Source: an uncultured Bacilli bacterium (GTDB lineage: Bacteria > Bacillota_I > Bacilli_A > RF39 > UBA660). From it: DNA of 48,138 nt. The position numbers were made by a program, and so were the translations under genes. The stretch is from NCBI GenBank assembly GCA_944371955.1, contig CALVYB010000003.1:1-48138 (forward strand), written 5' to 3'. Under the pieces are notes generated by a model, which saw nothing but the letters and a program-made list of their open reading frames with translations, made no database searches and was not told the DNA's origin. The number at the start of each line of letters is the position of its first letter. The first letter of the stretch is position 1. Of this stretch, positions 1 to 9,925 are shown one piece after another.

Positions 1-48
1 AAAAAGTCTTTTTATTTACTAAATTAAGATATAAAACTAGTAAATGGA

Positions 49-77
49 TTGTCAAAAAAAGAAAAATGTAGTATATT
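49..77 (+). promoter_or_regulatory. sigmaA-type promoter of the adhesin/pilus locus
   Basis: TTGTCA (49-54), 17 bp spacer, TATATT (72-77). RBS AGGAGGAG at 193-200 precedes ATG 206. Confidence 0.5.
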
Positions 78-205
78 TAATGTAGTAAAGAGTAGAAATA
101 ACACTTAAAAATAGTATCATAGAGTATCTACCTTTATGATTGTATCACGATTATTTTATAAATTTATATATTTAGGTAAAAGATATGAATATAGGAGGAG
201 TTTAG

Positions 206-3200
206 ATGATAAGGAAACTGCAAAGAATCATTAGAAATAATAAAAAAGAAGTAGTTGTTTCTAGTTTTTTAATTTTAGTTTTATCAATCTTTTTTATAGG
301 AAATGCTTTCGCATCCCTAACTCCTACTAAAAGTGTAATTATTACATCTCAAAATACTAATTATGATAATAAAGATGCAGGATCTTGGAAAGTAGAAAAG
401 AGTAGTAAATGGATAGGTAAAGGAAGGGCTAGAGTCAGTTTTAATGTGGATACAACGGCAATGCCCAAAAGTAAAAATACGGATGTTGTTATGGTAATAG
501 ATGTTTCTGATTCTATGTCTGGTAATAAATTAGAAAATGTGAAACAAAGCTCTACAGAGTTAATAGAAACATTATTATCAAACTCTAACAACAATGTTTC
601 TTTAGTGAGTTTTGCCAATAGCTCCAATATTCTGTCTTCTTTTACTAATGATAAAGATACATTAATTAATGAAATCAATAATTTACAGTCCGGTGGGTCT
701 ACTAATTATTATCAAGCTTTAAAAGGTGTAGATACTATCTTAAAAGATTATGTGAAAAAAGATAATACAGATGTCATTGTATTATTTTTGACGGGTGGTT
801 ATCCAAACACAGATACACCAAATCAAATCGCACAATATCGATATTTAAAAGATGCATACTCATATATTACTATTAATGCGATTCAATATGGTTTTGGAAA
901 AGAAATTTTAAATACAATCAAAGAGGTAAGTGATCGTCAGTTTTTAGCTAACAATAATACCTTAAGTACGGTATTAACTGATGCCTGTGTTATCCCAGTA
1001 AAATATGAAGAGTTTCAACTCGTAGATTATATTGATAATCAATATTTTACTTTGAGTAGTGAAGATGATATTACAGTTAGTAAAGGCCAAGTGACATTAG
1101 AATATGAAAAAGCTAAACAAAAAATTATTTGGACCATTGATAATTTAAAATCTGGAGAAGAAGTTAAACTTACTATGGATATTAATTTAAATAAAGAGTT
1201 TATAGGAGCAGGAGGAGTTTATTCAACTAATGAAAAAGTAGAAATAACTACAAAAATAGGAGATAAGCTAGAAAATGTTTCTAGTACACAAACTCCTGCT
1301 TTAGCAGAAAGTTATAAGGTAACTTACGAAGGAAATGCTCCAGAAGGAGCCAGGGTTACTAACGTTCCAGATGAAAGCAGTTATTCGGTATTTGAAACAG
1401 CCACAATTTCTACAGAAAAACCAACTTGTACAGGATATGAATTTAAAGGCTGGGAGATCGTTACTGAAAACGTAACTCGTGTAGGAGATGGTTACTTCAT
1501 CATGCCAGAAAAAGATGTAGTATTACGAGCAAAGTGGAGTAAAGTTGCGATAGCTAAATCAATGGATGGGACAGTAAGTACCCAAGGAGAACCTATTATG
1601 ATGGGATCATCTTGGTGGAATAGTGACTTTGAAAAAGAAAAAGTAACGAGCATCGAAGTTAAAACAAGTACCGCTATACCAGAGACCGCAATAGCTTATT
1701 GGGATGCATCCCAAGCACAAGATAAGAGTGTTGTAGCCTATATAGAAGACGATGGAAATGGAGATTACAAAGTATCCATTGGAGGACTAGGAGGAGTAAT
1801 CGCAAATAGTAATTGTTCTTCTTTGTTTAGTGGTTTTACCAATACTAAAGCTATACTATTGGATAATTTTGATACTTCAAATGTCACTAATATGGCTACA
1901 ATGTTTTACCCTTGTAAAGCACTCACCAGTTTAAATTTGAGTAATTTTGATACATCAAATGTTACTAATATGTATGCTATGTTTCAAGGATGTAGTAGTT
2001 TAGTTAACCTAAACTTAAATAGTTTTGATACTTCAAAAGTTAATAGTATGGGGATAATGTTTGATGGATGTAGTAGTTTAAAATCATTGGATTTAAACGG
2101 TTTTGATACTTCCCAAGTAACTACTATGTATGCTATGTTTAATGAGTGCAACAGTTTAACAAGTCTAAATTTAGAAAACTTTATTACTTCAAATATTGTA
2201 AACATGGCAAATATGTTTGGTGGGTGTAGAAGTTTAACTGATTTGAATATAAGAAATTTTGATACTTCAGAAGTCACTAATATGGTAAATATGTTTTATA
2301 ACTGCAGTAACTTAACCAAAATAGAAATATTATATTTTGACACTGCTAAAGTAGTTAATATGGCTAGTATGTTCAATGGTTGTAGCGGTTTAATAAGCTT
2401 AGATTTAAGTAATTTTAACACTTCAAACGTAACTAATATGGCTTCTATGTTTCAAGGATGTAGCAATTTAACAAGTTTAAATACAACTAATTTTGATACA
2501 TCGCAAGTTACTACTATGTATGCTATGTTTCAAGGATGTAGTAGTTTAGTTAACCTAAACTTAAATAGTTTTGATACTTCAAAAGTTAATAGTATGGGGA
2601 TAATGTTTGATGGATGTAGTAGTTTAAAATCATTGGATTTAAACGGTTTTGATACTTCCCAAGTAACTACTATGTATGCTATGTTTAATGAGTGCAACAG
2701 TTTAACAAGTCTAAATTTAGAAAACTTTATTACTTCAAATGTTGTAAACATGGCAAATATGTTTGGTGGGTGTAGAAGTTTAACTGATTTGAATATAAGA
2801 AATTTTGATACATCGCAAGTTACTACTATGTATGCTATGTTTCAAGGATGTAGCAGTTTAACAAGTTTAGATTTAAATAATTTTGATACTTCAAATGTCA
2901 ATCGAATGGATTTGATGTTTAGACTTTGTAGCAATTTGTCAAGCTTAGATTTAAGTAATTTTGATACTTCAAGTGTTACTGATATGGGAAGTATGTTTGC
3001 TGGATGTAATAGCCTGTCGAATTTAAATATTAAAAGTTTTGATACTTCAAATGTTACTAATATGTCTAATATGTTTAGTGGATGTAATAAGTTAACGGGT
3101 ATAAATTTGAGCAATTTTGATACATCAAAAGTAACTAATATGAATGGAATGTTTAGTAATTGTAATAGTTTAGGCAGTTTAAATTTAAGTGATTTTGATA

Positions 3201-3856
3201 CCGCTCAAGTAACAAGCATGATGGATATGTTTAGAAACTGTTGGAAGTTAGTAGAATTAGATTTGAGTAATTTTAACACTGCTAATGTTATTAGCATGGC
3301 TAGTATGTTTAATGGATGCAGGAATTTGGAAAATTTGTTACTAAATGATTTTAATGTTTCGAATGTTGGGGATATGGGCTGGATGTTTCAAAATTGTTAT
3401 AGTTTAACTAATTTAGATTTGAGTAGCTTTGATACTTCAAATGTTAACAAGATGGCTAGTATGTTTGATGGTTGTAGTAGTTTAGTAACCTTAGATATGA
3501 GAAATGCTGAATTTAATGCTACGTCTTATGATAGTATGCTGGCTGCTATCAATGACACAGTTAACATTATTGTTAAAGACACTACTGCCCAAAGTTGGGT
3601 TCGTTCTAGATTAGATGAAGCAAATAAACCTAATGCAACCATCACAATTGCTCCTGAGACTGAGGTTAAAGTGGAAGCGGATAATGATACTAGCGTTAAC
3701 GATGAAGACACTAATATTGTTGATAATAGCATGAGTATTATTGATAATTCTACTAATGATATTAGCTTTAGATTAGATGATTCTAGTATTACTTTTGGTT
3801 TTAAACTTTTGCCTCTTAGGTATGGAGTTCGTTTTAATCAATTTGGATGGTTATAG
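206..3856 (+). CDS. Large surface adhesin: signal/TM, vWA domain, InlB-B-type repeat, 21 tandem 26-aa BspA/DUF285-type LRR-like repeats
   Basis: N-terminal hydrophobic segment; MIDAS-like DVSDS and GGSTN; KPTCTGYEFKGW (InlB B-repeat); 21 units of LxLxxFDTSxVxxMxxMFxxC; strong RBS. Confidence 0.85.
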   Translation: MIRKLQRIIRNNKKEVVVSSFLILVLSIFFIGNAFASLTPTKSVIITSQNTNYDNKDAGSWKVEKSSKWIGKGRARVSFNVDTTAMPKSKNTDVVMVIDVSDSMSGNKLENVKQSSTELIETLLSNSNNNVSLVSFANSSNILSSFTNDKDTLINEINNLQSGGSTNYYQALKGVDTILKDYVKKDNTDVIVLFLTGGYPNTDTPNQIAQYRYLKDAYSYITINAIQYGFGKEILNTIKEVSDRQFLANNNTLSTVLTDACVIPVKYEEFQLVDYIDNQYFTLSSEDDITVSKGQVTLEYEKAKQKIIWTIDNLKSGEEVKLTMDINLNKEFIGAGGVYSTNEKVEITTKIGDKLENVSSTQTPALAESYKVTYEGNAPEGARVTNVPDESSYSVFETATISTEKPTCTGYEFKGWEIVTENVTRVGDGYFIMPEKDVVLRAKWSKVAIAKSMDGTVSTQGEPIMMGSSWWNSDFEKEKVTSIEVKTSTAIPETAIAYWDASQAQDKSVVAYIEDDGNGDYKVSIGGLGGVIANSNCSSLFSGFTNTKAILLDNFDTSNVTNMATMFYPCKALTSLNLSNFDTSNVTNMYAMFQGCSSLVNLNLNSFDTSKVNSMGIMFDGCSSLKSLDLNGFDTSQVTTMYAMFNECNSLTSLNLENFITSNIVNMANMFGGCRSLTDLNIRNFDTSEVTNMVNMFYNCSNLTKIEILYFDTAKVVNMASMFNGCSGLISLDLSNFNTSNVTNMASMFQGCSNLTSLNTTNFDTSQVTTMYAMFQGCSSLVNLNLNSFDTSKVNSMGIMFDGCSSLKSLDLNGFDTSQVTTMYAMFNECNSLTSLNLENFITSNVVNMANMFGGCRSLTDLNIRNFDTSQVTTMYAMFQGCSSLTSLDLNNFDTSNVNRMDLMFRLCSNLSSLDLSNFDTSSVTDMGSMFAGCNSLSNLNIKSFDTSNVTNMSNMFSGCNKLTGINLSNFDTSKVTNMNGMFSNCNSLGSLNLSDFDTAQVTSMMDMFRNCWKLVELDLSNFNTANVISMASMFNGCRNLENLLLNDFNVSNVGDMGWMFQNCYSLTNLDLSSFDTSNVNKMASMFDGCSSLVTLDMRNAEFNATSYDSMLAAINDTVNIIVKDTTAQSWVRSRLDEANKPNATITIAPETEVKVEADNDTSVNDEDTNIVDNSMSIIDNSTNDISFRLDDSSITFGFKLLPLRYGVRFNQFGWL
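1856..3500 (+). repeat. Coding tandem repeat array, 21 units of 78 bp (26 aa)
   Basis: Counted 21 F(D/N/I)(T/V)(S/A)...MF..C units at a 78-bp period. The array contains near-identical blocks 1969-2265 and 2515-2811. Array ends are approximate. Confidence 0.9.
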
Positions 3857-3876
3857 GTTTTAGAAAGGAGAAGAAT

Positions 3877-5961
3877 ATGAAAGACAAGAAGTTGTTAGTT
3901 ATTGCTATTTCTAGTTTGTTTTTGATTGTGTCTAGTGTTGTTGTTATCTTTTCTTTTTCATTTTCTGCTCCTTTAGCGAATGATGTTAAGATACAAGAAG
4001 ACAGTGAACTTACGTATTATATTGATGTTAATTATGATGGTAAGGATGGTAGTGCTGTTAGTTCTAGCGATAGTGTTCCTGCACAAGTTTATAGTGATTA
4101 TATTTATGTGGAAGATAAAATTCCTAATGGTCTAACATTTAAAGAATTTGTAGGAACGAAAGATGGTACTATCGGTGCTGTTAAAAGAGATGATGGTAGT
4201 AGTTGTGCCGGTTATGTAGATGGTGGAGTATCAGGATTAAATTATGATAGTGATACTAGAACTGTTTCATTTAGAGTAAAGAACTTACAGGCTGGTTGCA
4301 AAATTACTGTGGGTGTAATCACCCAAACTCCAACCTTGTCAAATGGTATTTATCGAATGGATTTTTATAACACTGCTTATGGTAGAGAAGGTAATAGCTC
4401 CGTAAAATCTAATACAGTTCATGTTTTTTCGGGAAGAGAAAATATCAGCCCATTTAATGTAATTTATCAATATGCAGGAGATGTTCCAGAAGGAGCACCA
4501 GATGTACCTATTATTACTAGTTATATAGCAGGAAGCACGGTCGGTGTTAGCCAAGCTGTTGATTTAGAAGGGTATGAGTTTAGTGGTTGGACAACAGATG
4601 ATGCTGTGGTATCAAATGGTTCCTTCACCATGCCATCTTCTCATGTTACTTTCCAAGGATCTTTTACTAAAAAAGATGAAGTAAAGAAACCGGTTACCTA
4701 TACGATTTCAGGAGACTTTCCCGAAGGATTTGTACTTCCAAAGGATAAGAATTATGTTGTTGGTAGTGATGTAAAACTTGATTCTTTAAAAGTTGGAGAT
4801 ATTATCAACGGTTATAGATTTTTAGGATGGACATCTAGTGATGTGGAATTACCAGATTCTAGTATTGATGCTACTACTATCTTTACGATGCCTAATCACG
4901 CGGTTACTTTAGTAGGAAGATTTGAGAAAGTTAGTTATAAAGTTACTTATCAATTTCAAGGAAGTATTATTCCACCGAACGCAGACAGCTTATTGCCGAT
5001 GGAGAGAAACTATTACCCAGGCGATACAGTAACAATAGCAGAAAATCCAGAAACTTCTGGTTATCGATTTGTTGGCTGGTATTCTTCTAACACATTTAAG
5101 ATGCCAGACGAAGACGTTATTATTTATGGAGAATGGGTGATTGAAGAAGGAGTCTTTTCTCCAACTATTACAACAAATATTATTGATAAACAAGAATCTT
5201 ATCAAAACGGGGATACTGTTAGATTTTCTATTGTGGTGGAAAATACAGCGGATTATCCTATTACCGATGTTATGTTAGAAGAAAAAACTTCTGGTTGTGT
5301 GTTTGTCGGTGGAGGAGATTATAGTGTAAGAAGTGATAATCAAGTTTTAATCCCAACAATTGAAGCACATAGTAGTGTTACCGTTTATGCCTCTTATGAT
5401 GTTGGTAAAGACATCGTTAAAAATGTTACTAATGTTGTAGAACTTACTGGAGCTTTAGCGCCTAATTCTAATTATCATTTGGATACTAGTAAAGATTATT
5501 CTTCACAAGTTGAATTTATGGTTTCTAACATTACTTTAGAAATTAACCTTGTAAATGAACAAGATGAAAAATTAACGGAAGCAGAATTTACTCTATATCG
5601 AGATAGTAATTTATCTAATATTGTTTCTACCGGTTTTAACTTTACTGGACTTTCTCCTAATGTTACTTATTATCTTAAAGAAACAAAAGCTGCTACAGGA
5701 TATCAGCTATTAGGTAAGGTATTAGATGTTAAAGTCGATAGCAACGGTACTATGACTATTCCTGGCTATGATATTTCTAACGAAGAAGGCATTAATAAAG
5801 TATCGATTGTGAACGAAAAAATTAATGTATTGCCAAATACTGGTGGTGAGGGAGTTATTCCTTATATCATTGCGGGACTTGTGCTAATCTTTGGTGGTAG
5901 TTTTTGCTTGTTCTTCTTACTTAGGAAAAGAGGTGAGAAAAATGAAAAAAGTCATAAGTAG
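3877..5961 (+). CDS. LPXTG-anchored ancillary pilin/adhesin (InlB-B repeats, DUF11-like domain, SpaA/Cna-B domain)
   Basis: Start re-called at ATG 3877 after RBS AAGGAG. Three GY(E/R)FxGW repeats, E-box-like YYLKETKAATGY, then LPNTG + TM + basic tail. Confidence 0.85.
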   Translation: MKDKKLLVIAISSLFLIVSSVVVIFSFSFSAPLANDVKIQEDSELTYYIDVNYDGKDGSAVSSSDSVPAQVYSDYIYVEDKIPNGLTFKEFVGTKDGTIGAVKRDDGSSCAGYVDGGVSGLNYDSDTRTVSFRVKNLQAGCKITVGVITQTPTLSNGIYRMDFYNTAYGREGNSSVKSNTVHVFSGRENISPFNVIYQYAGDVPEGAPDVPIITSYIAGSTVGVSQAVDLEGYEFSGWTTDDAVVSNGSFTMPSSHVTFQGSFTKKDEVKKPVTYTISGDFPEGFVLPKDKNYVVGSDVKLDSLKVGDIINGYRFLGWTSSDVELPDSSIDATTIFTMPNHAVTLVGRFEKVSYKVTYQFQGSIIPPNADSLLPMERNYYPGDTVTIAENPETSGYRFVGWYSSNTFKMPDEDVIIYGEWVIEEGVFSPTITTNIIDKQESYQNGDTVRFSIVVENTADYPITDVMLEEKTSGCVFVGGGDYSVRSDNQVLIPTIEAHSSVTVYASYDVGKDIVKNVTNVVELTGALAPNSNYHLDTSKDYSSQVEFMVSNITLEINLVNEQDEKLTEAEFTLYRDSNLSNIVSTGFNFTGLSPNVTYYLKETKAATGYQLLGKVLDVKVDSNGTMTIPGYDISNEEGINKVSIVNEKINVLPNTGGEGVIPYIIAGLVLIFGGSFCLFFLLRKRGEKNEKSHK

Positions 5962-6631
5962 TTTATTTCTTTTCCTAACTATAATCAATTTTAGTGTTTT
6001 AAATGTAAAAGCAGATAATATTGACCCTTCTAAAGTATCTAGTATTACGATTCATTATCAATATGATGATGTTAAAATTTCGGATACTAATACTTCCCTT
6101 TATTATTTGGCTAGTATAGATACAAGCGGACAATATTTATTTCAAGATCAATATTTAGATATTTCTTTTGAAGTTGGTGATATGTCAACATCACAAATTA
6201 GTCTGAAAGCCAAAGAGATACTTTCCTATGTTACAGAGAAAAAATTACCATCTGATTTTACTTTGAAAACACAAGAAGATGGAACTAGTTATTTTTCTAA
6301 TTTAGTTCCAGGATTATATTTAATTTCTATTGATAGTAAAGTGATAGGAGATTATCAATATAATGTTTCTCCAATGTTGGTTACAATACCCACACTAGAA
6401 AATGATACATATCAATACGACGTTTTAGTAAATACTAAAACTGAAAGAGAAAAGATTGAACAAGAAGTTACTCCGCCAGACAGTAATGATGATGGTGAAA
6501 AGGTTCCTAATACATTAGATAATATCTATCTTTATATAGGACTTTTACTTATTTCATTTTTATTGATGATAGGAGTAATGATATATATTTTAAGAAAGAA
6601 AGGTGGAAATAAAGATGAAAATAAGAAATAA
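5942..6631 (+). CDS. Minor/basal pilin-like sortase substrate with atypical VPNTL sorting motif
   Basis: Signal peptide; Cna-B-like FSNLVPGLYLI; Pro/acidic linker; VPNTLD + TM + RKK tail. Start ATG 5942 after RBS GAGGTG. Confidence 0.7.
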   Translation: MKKVISSLFLFLTIINFSVLNVKADNIDPSKVSSITIHYQYDDVKISDTNTSLYYLASIDTSGQYLFQDQYLDISFEVGDMSTSQISLKAKEILSYVTEKKLPSDFTLKTQEDGTSYFSNLVPGLYLISIDSKVIGDYQYNVSPMLVTIPTLENDTYQYDVLVNTKTEREKIEQEVTPPDSNDDGEKVPNTLDNIYLYIGLLLISFLLMIGVMIYILRKKGGNKDENKK

Positions 6632-8138
6632 AGTATTATTATTAATTTTATCAGTTTTTCTTTTTATGGGAATAGTTAATGTTTCAGCTATTTCTGTTGG
6701 AAGCGAAACTGGGACAACAGATACCGAAAGTAAAATTATTACAGACACAGCAACTTTGTCTATTACTGGGGTTGTATCTGGTGATCAATTTGCGGCATAT
6801 AAGATTTTAGATGCCTTTTACAATGAAACAACTAATGTAATTACTTATGAATTTACAGATGATTTTCAAAACTTCTTGAAACAATCATCTAATTCTACTT
6901 ATCAAAAACTTAAAGTGGATGATTTGTATTCTTATAGTAGTGGAGATATTAATACAGGTTCTACTTTATCAACTTCAGATATTGATAAGCTAGCCAGTGC
7001 TTATGCTGGATATATAAAATCTCATTCTGTTAACGGTAGTGCAATGAACGTAAGTGGCACAACAGCAAGTGCAACACTACAAGCCGGTTCATATCTAGTA
7101 TTACCAACAGCAACAACTAGAGTTTATGCTGTAATGGTTGGTAATTTAGATTTTTCTACTAGTGGCAACACATGGGTAATTAACAACGAAGAAATTGTTG
7201 CGAAAGTAAGCGATGCGGATGTTAATTTATCTATAGGAGAAGATGGTTATGATAGTGGAAGCTATTCAATAGGTGATGATATTCCATTTATTATTACTGC
7301 TAGTGTTCCACAATATCCTACAAACGCCACAAATAAGGTTTATACTATCACAGATACTCTTAGTGAAGGATTAGATTTCAACAGCATTTCTTCTGTAGTA
7401 ATCAAAGATGGAGATGTTACATTAACTACTGCTAGTGATGGAAAAGTAACCAATGCTAGTGGAGAAGAAGTTGCAATTATCTCAATTGAAAATAGAGTTA
7501 TGACCATAACTTTTAATACTAATTATGTTGATAGTACTACAATCACTATTAACTATATTGCGAGATTAAATACTAATGCAGGGCTTGGTGTAAACGGAGG
7601 AAATACTAGTAGTGTTAGTCTAACTTACTCTAATGATCCATATGGAACAGGAACTAACGCAACTGTACCTTCAAAAGGAGACGGACAAGTTAGTGTATTA
7701 GTTTATGGTTTAGAAACTTATAAATATGCTACCGAAGGAAAAGCAGCTTTGGAAGGAGCAGAATTTACTATCTACAAAGATGCTGAATTAAAGCAAGTAG
7801 TTGGAGTTATTACTACGAATGCAAGTGGTATTGCTCAATACAAAGGCCTTGCAGCAGGTACATATTACGTAAAAGAAACTAAAGCACCTAATGGTTACCG
7901 CTTAAGTAATTCTGTAATTAGCGCTAAAGTTGGTCCAGGAGAAGGAAGTTTAGCTAATGCCGAGACAGAAGGATATTATCGTTTAGAAGTTGCTAACGAA
8001 AAAGCTGGTTTATTACCTGTTACAGGTGGTATCGGTACTATTGTGATTACTTTAGTAGGTTTAACTATTGTTGCTGGAGCAATTTATTTCTTCTTTATTT
8101 ATCGTAAGAAAAAAGAAAACAAAGAGGATCAAGCATAA
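6615..8138 (+). CDS. Major (backbone) pilin, SpaH/EbpC-like
   Basis: Signal peptide; D2-type isopeptide domain (YTITDTLSEGL...YSNDP); E-box YYVKETKAPNGY; LPVTGG + TM + RKKK. Lies directly before the class C sortase. Confidence 0.85.
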   Translation: MKIRNKVLLLILSVFLFMGIVNVSAISVGSETGTTDTESKIITDTATLSITGVVSGDQFAAYKILDAFYNETTNVITYEFTDDFQNFLKQSSNSTYQKLKVDDLYSYSSGDINTGSTLSTSDIDKLASAYAGYIKSHSVNGSAMNVSGTTASATLQAGSYLVLPTATTRVYAVMVGNLDFSTSGNTWVINNEEIVAKVSDADVNLSIGEDGYDSGSYSIGDDIPFIITASVPQYPTNATNKVYTITDTLSEGLDFNSISSVVIKDGDVTLTTASDGKVTNASGEEVAIISIENRVMTITFNTNYVDSTTITINYIARLNTNAGLGVNGGNTSSVSLTYSNDPYGTGTNATVPSKGDGQVSVLVYGLETYKYATEGKAALEGAEFTIYKDAELKQVVGVITTNASGIAQYKGLAAGTYYVKETKAPNGYRLSNSVISAKVGPGEGSLANAETEGYYRLEVANEKAGLLPVTGGIGTIVITLVGLTIVAGAIYFFFIYRKKKENKEDQA

Positions 8139-8141
8139 TCT

Positions 8142-9038
8142 ATGAACAAAGAGATAAAAGAAAAATTTATTATTTTTCTATTTATCCTTATGATTATAAT
8201 AGGATTAAGTTTTATCTTATATCCTATTATTAGTAATCTAATTAATAAAAATCATTATCAAAAAATCATTCATACTTATGAAACCACAGTAAATGATAAG
8301 AGCAATATAGAAAATGACAAACTATTAATAAAAGCAAGACAATACAATTCTTCTTTGTCATCTACTCACATTGTTGATGCTTTTCAAAATGCTAGTCAAA
8401 CAAATTCTTCAGAATATTTATCTATCTTGAATGTAAGTGATAATGGAATGATGGGCTACATCTCTATACCTAAAATCGATGTTAGAATACCGATTTATCA
8501 TGGTACAAGTTCAGATGTATTACAAAAAGGGGTAGGACATTTAGAAGGAAGTTCTTTTCCGGTTGGCGGTACTAGCACACACGCTATTTTATCGGCACAT
8601 CGTGGACTGCCTTCTTCACGTCTTTTTACAGATTTAGATCAACTTGAAACAGGAGACATCTTTTATATTTATGTAGCAGACGAAGTTCTTGCCTACAAAG
8701 TAGACCAAATATTGGTTAGCGATCCATCAGAAATAGAAGCGTTAAAAATAGTAGATGGTAAAGACTATATTACCTTAGTTACTTGCACACCATACGCTGT
8801 TAATACTCATCGATTACTAGTTCGTGGGGAAAGAATAGAATATAATAAACAAGTTGAAAAGGAAATAGTAAAAGATAAGTCTTTATCTTATGCTGATATT
8901 ATTTTGTATGGTAGTTTAATCATTTCCATTATTTTAATTATTTCTATGGTTATAATAATTATTTATTATAAACAAAAAAAGATAGATAGAATAAAGAAGA
9001 AGAAGGGGAAGGTTTTCAAGAAAAAAGGTGATTTTTAA
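8142..9038 (+). CDS. srtC: Class C (pilin-specific) sortase
   Basis: Lid DAF, GHLEGSSFPVGG, SAHRG, TLVTCTPY...HRLLVRG, and N- and C-terminal TM segments. Confidence 0.93.
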   Translation: MNKEIKEKFIIFLFILMIIIGLSFILYPIISNLINKNHYQKIIHTYETTVNDKSNIENDKLLIKARQYNSSLSSTHIVDAFQNASQTNSSEYLSILNVSDNGMMGYISIPKIDVRIPIYHGTSSDVLQKGVGHLEGSSFPVGGTSTHAILSAHRGLPSSRLFTDLDQLETGDIFYIYVADEVLAYKVDQILVSDPSEIEALKIVDGKDYITLVTCTPYAVNTHRLLVRGERIEYNKQVEKEIVKDKSLSYADIILYGSLIISIILIISMVIIIIYYKQKKIDRIKKKKGKVFKKKGDF

Positions 9039-9039
9039 A

Positions 9040-9834
9040 GTGAAGAATGCTATGAAGAATAAGAAAATGATAATTTGTTATATTGTTTTTGGAATCTCTG
9101 TCATAGTATTCTTTTTTTCTTTGTATCATATTGTAGTTTGGTATAATGACAATAAAGCCACTAATCGACTGATTTTAGAGTTACAAGATATCGTAAAAAT
9201 AAAGGATACAAATAAAACTATTACAACAGAGGTATTAGATACTACAAAGTATTATGATGAAGATTTACTAAGTGTAGATTTTACTAATCTTTTAGATAAA
9301 AACGAAGAGGTAGTAGGATGGATAGAAGTTCCCTATACCAATATTAATTATCCTTTTGTCCAACACAGCAACAATACATTTTATTTAAACCATTCGTTTG
9401 ATAAGAGCTATAACGGTGCTGGATGGGTGTATTTAGATTATAGAAACAAAATGGATTTAGCTGATACAAATACAATTATTTATGCCCATGGAAGAGTAGA
9501 TGGAACAATGTTTGGAAGTTTAAAGAATGTGCTCGATGAAGAATGGATAGGCAAGGATAAACATATTATAAAAGTATCAACTCTAAGTTATAATTATTTA
9601 TTCGAAATATTTAGTGCATACCATATCAAGACTACAAATGATTATTTAGTTACTAATTTTAGCAATACAATAGAATATCAAGGGTTTATAGATAAAATAA
9701 CAAGTAGAAGTATGATAGATTTTGGAACAGAAGTAACAACAGAGAACAGAATACTGACGCTGTCTACTTGTTATAATAATAGAGAGAAGGTAGTAGTACA
9801 TGGGAAATTAGTCAAACAAGAAAAAAGGTATTAG
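9040..9834 (+). CDS. srtB: Class B sortase
   Basis: GWIEVPYTNINYP, FYLNHSF, NTIIYAH, MFGSL, LTLSTC...R. GTG 9040 chosen from RBS AAAGGTGA; ATG 9052 is the alternative start. Confidence 0.88.
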   Translation: MKNAMKNKKMIICYIVFGISVIVFFFSLYHIVVWYNDNKATNRLILELQDIVKIKDTNKTITTEVLDTTKYYDEDLLSVDFTNLLDKNEEVVGWIEVPYTNINYPFVQHSNNTFYLNHSFDKSYNGAGWVYLDYRNKMDLADTNTIIYAHGRVDGTMFGSLKNVLDEEWIGKDKHIIKVSTLSYNYLFEIFSAYHIKTTNDYLVTNFSNTIEYQGFIDKITSRSMIDFGTEVTTENRILTLSTCYNNREKVVVHGKLVKQEKRY

Positions 9835-9850
9835 TATTTATAATACTATA

Positions 9851-9921
9851 AAAAAAGTAGATTACAGTTTATGGCTGTATCTACTTTTTATTTTATGGAA
9901 AAGTAAGCTAATGCTTACTTT
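9851..9921. terminator. Two hairpins between convergent genes (intrinsic terminators)
   Basis: AAAAAGTAGA-T-TACAG...CTGTA-TCTACTTTTT (9851-9889) and AAAGTAAGC-taat-GCTTACTTT (9900-9921). Confidence 0.7.
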
Positions 9922-9925
9922 AAAA

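Noticed and set aside
1856-3500. Regular ~78-bp repeats as a CRISPR array or DGR template/variable pair
   Set aside because: The repeats are in-frame coding units without unique spacers. No cas or reverse transcriptase gene is in the window, and the duplicated block differs at one site only.
361-5205. Minus-strand ORFs inside the adhesin and pilin genes (361-678, 1984-2277, 2530-2751, 2842-3114, 3526-3732, 4339-4554, 4990-5205)
   Set aside because: Antisense shadows of long, well-supported plus-strand genes, with no recognisable motifs.
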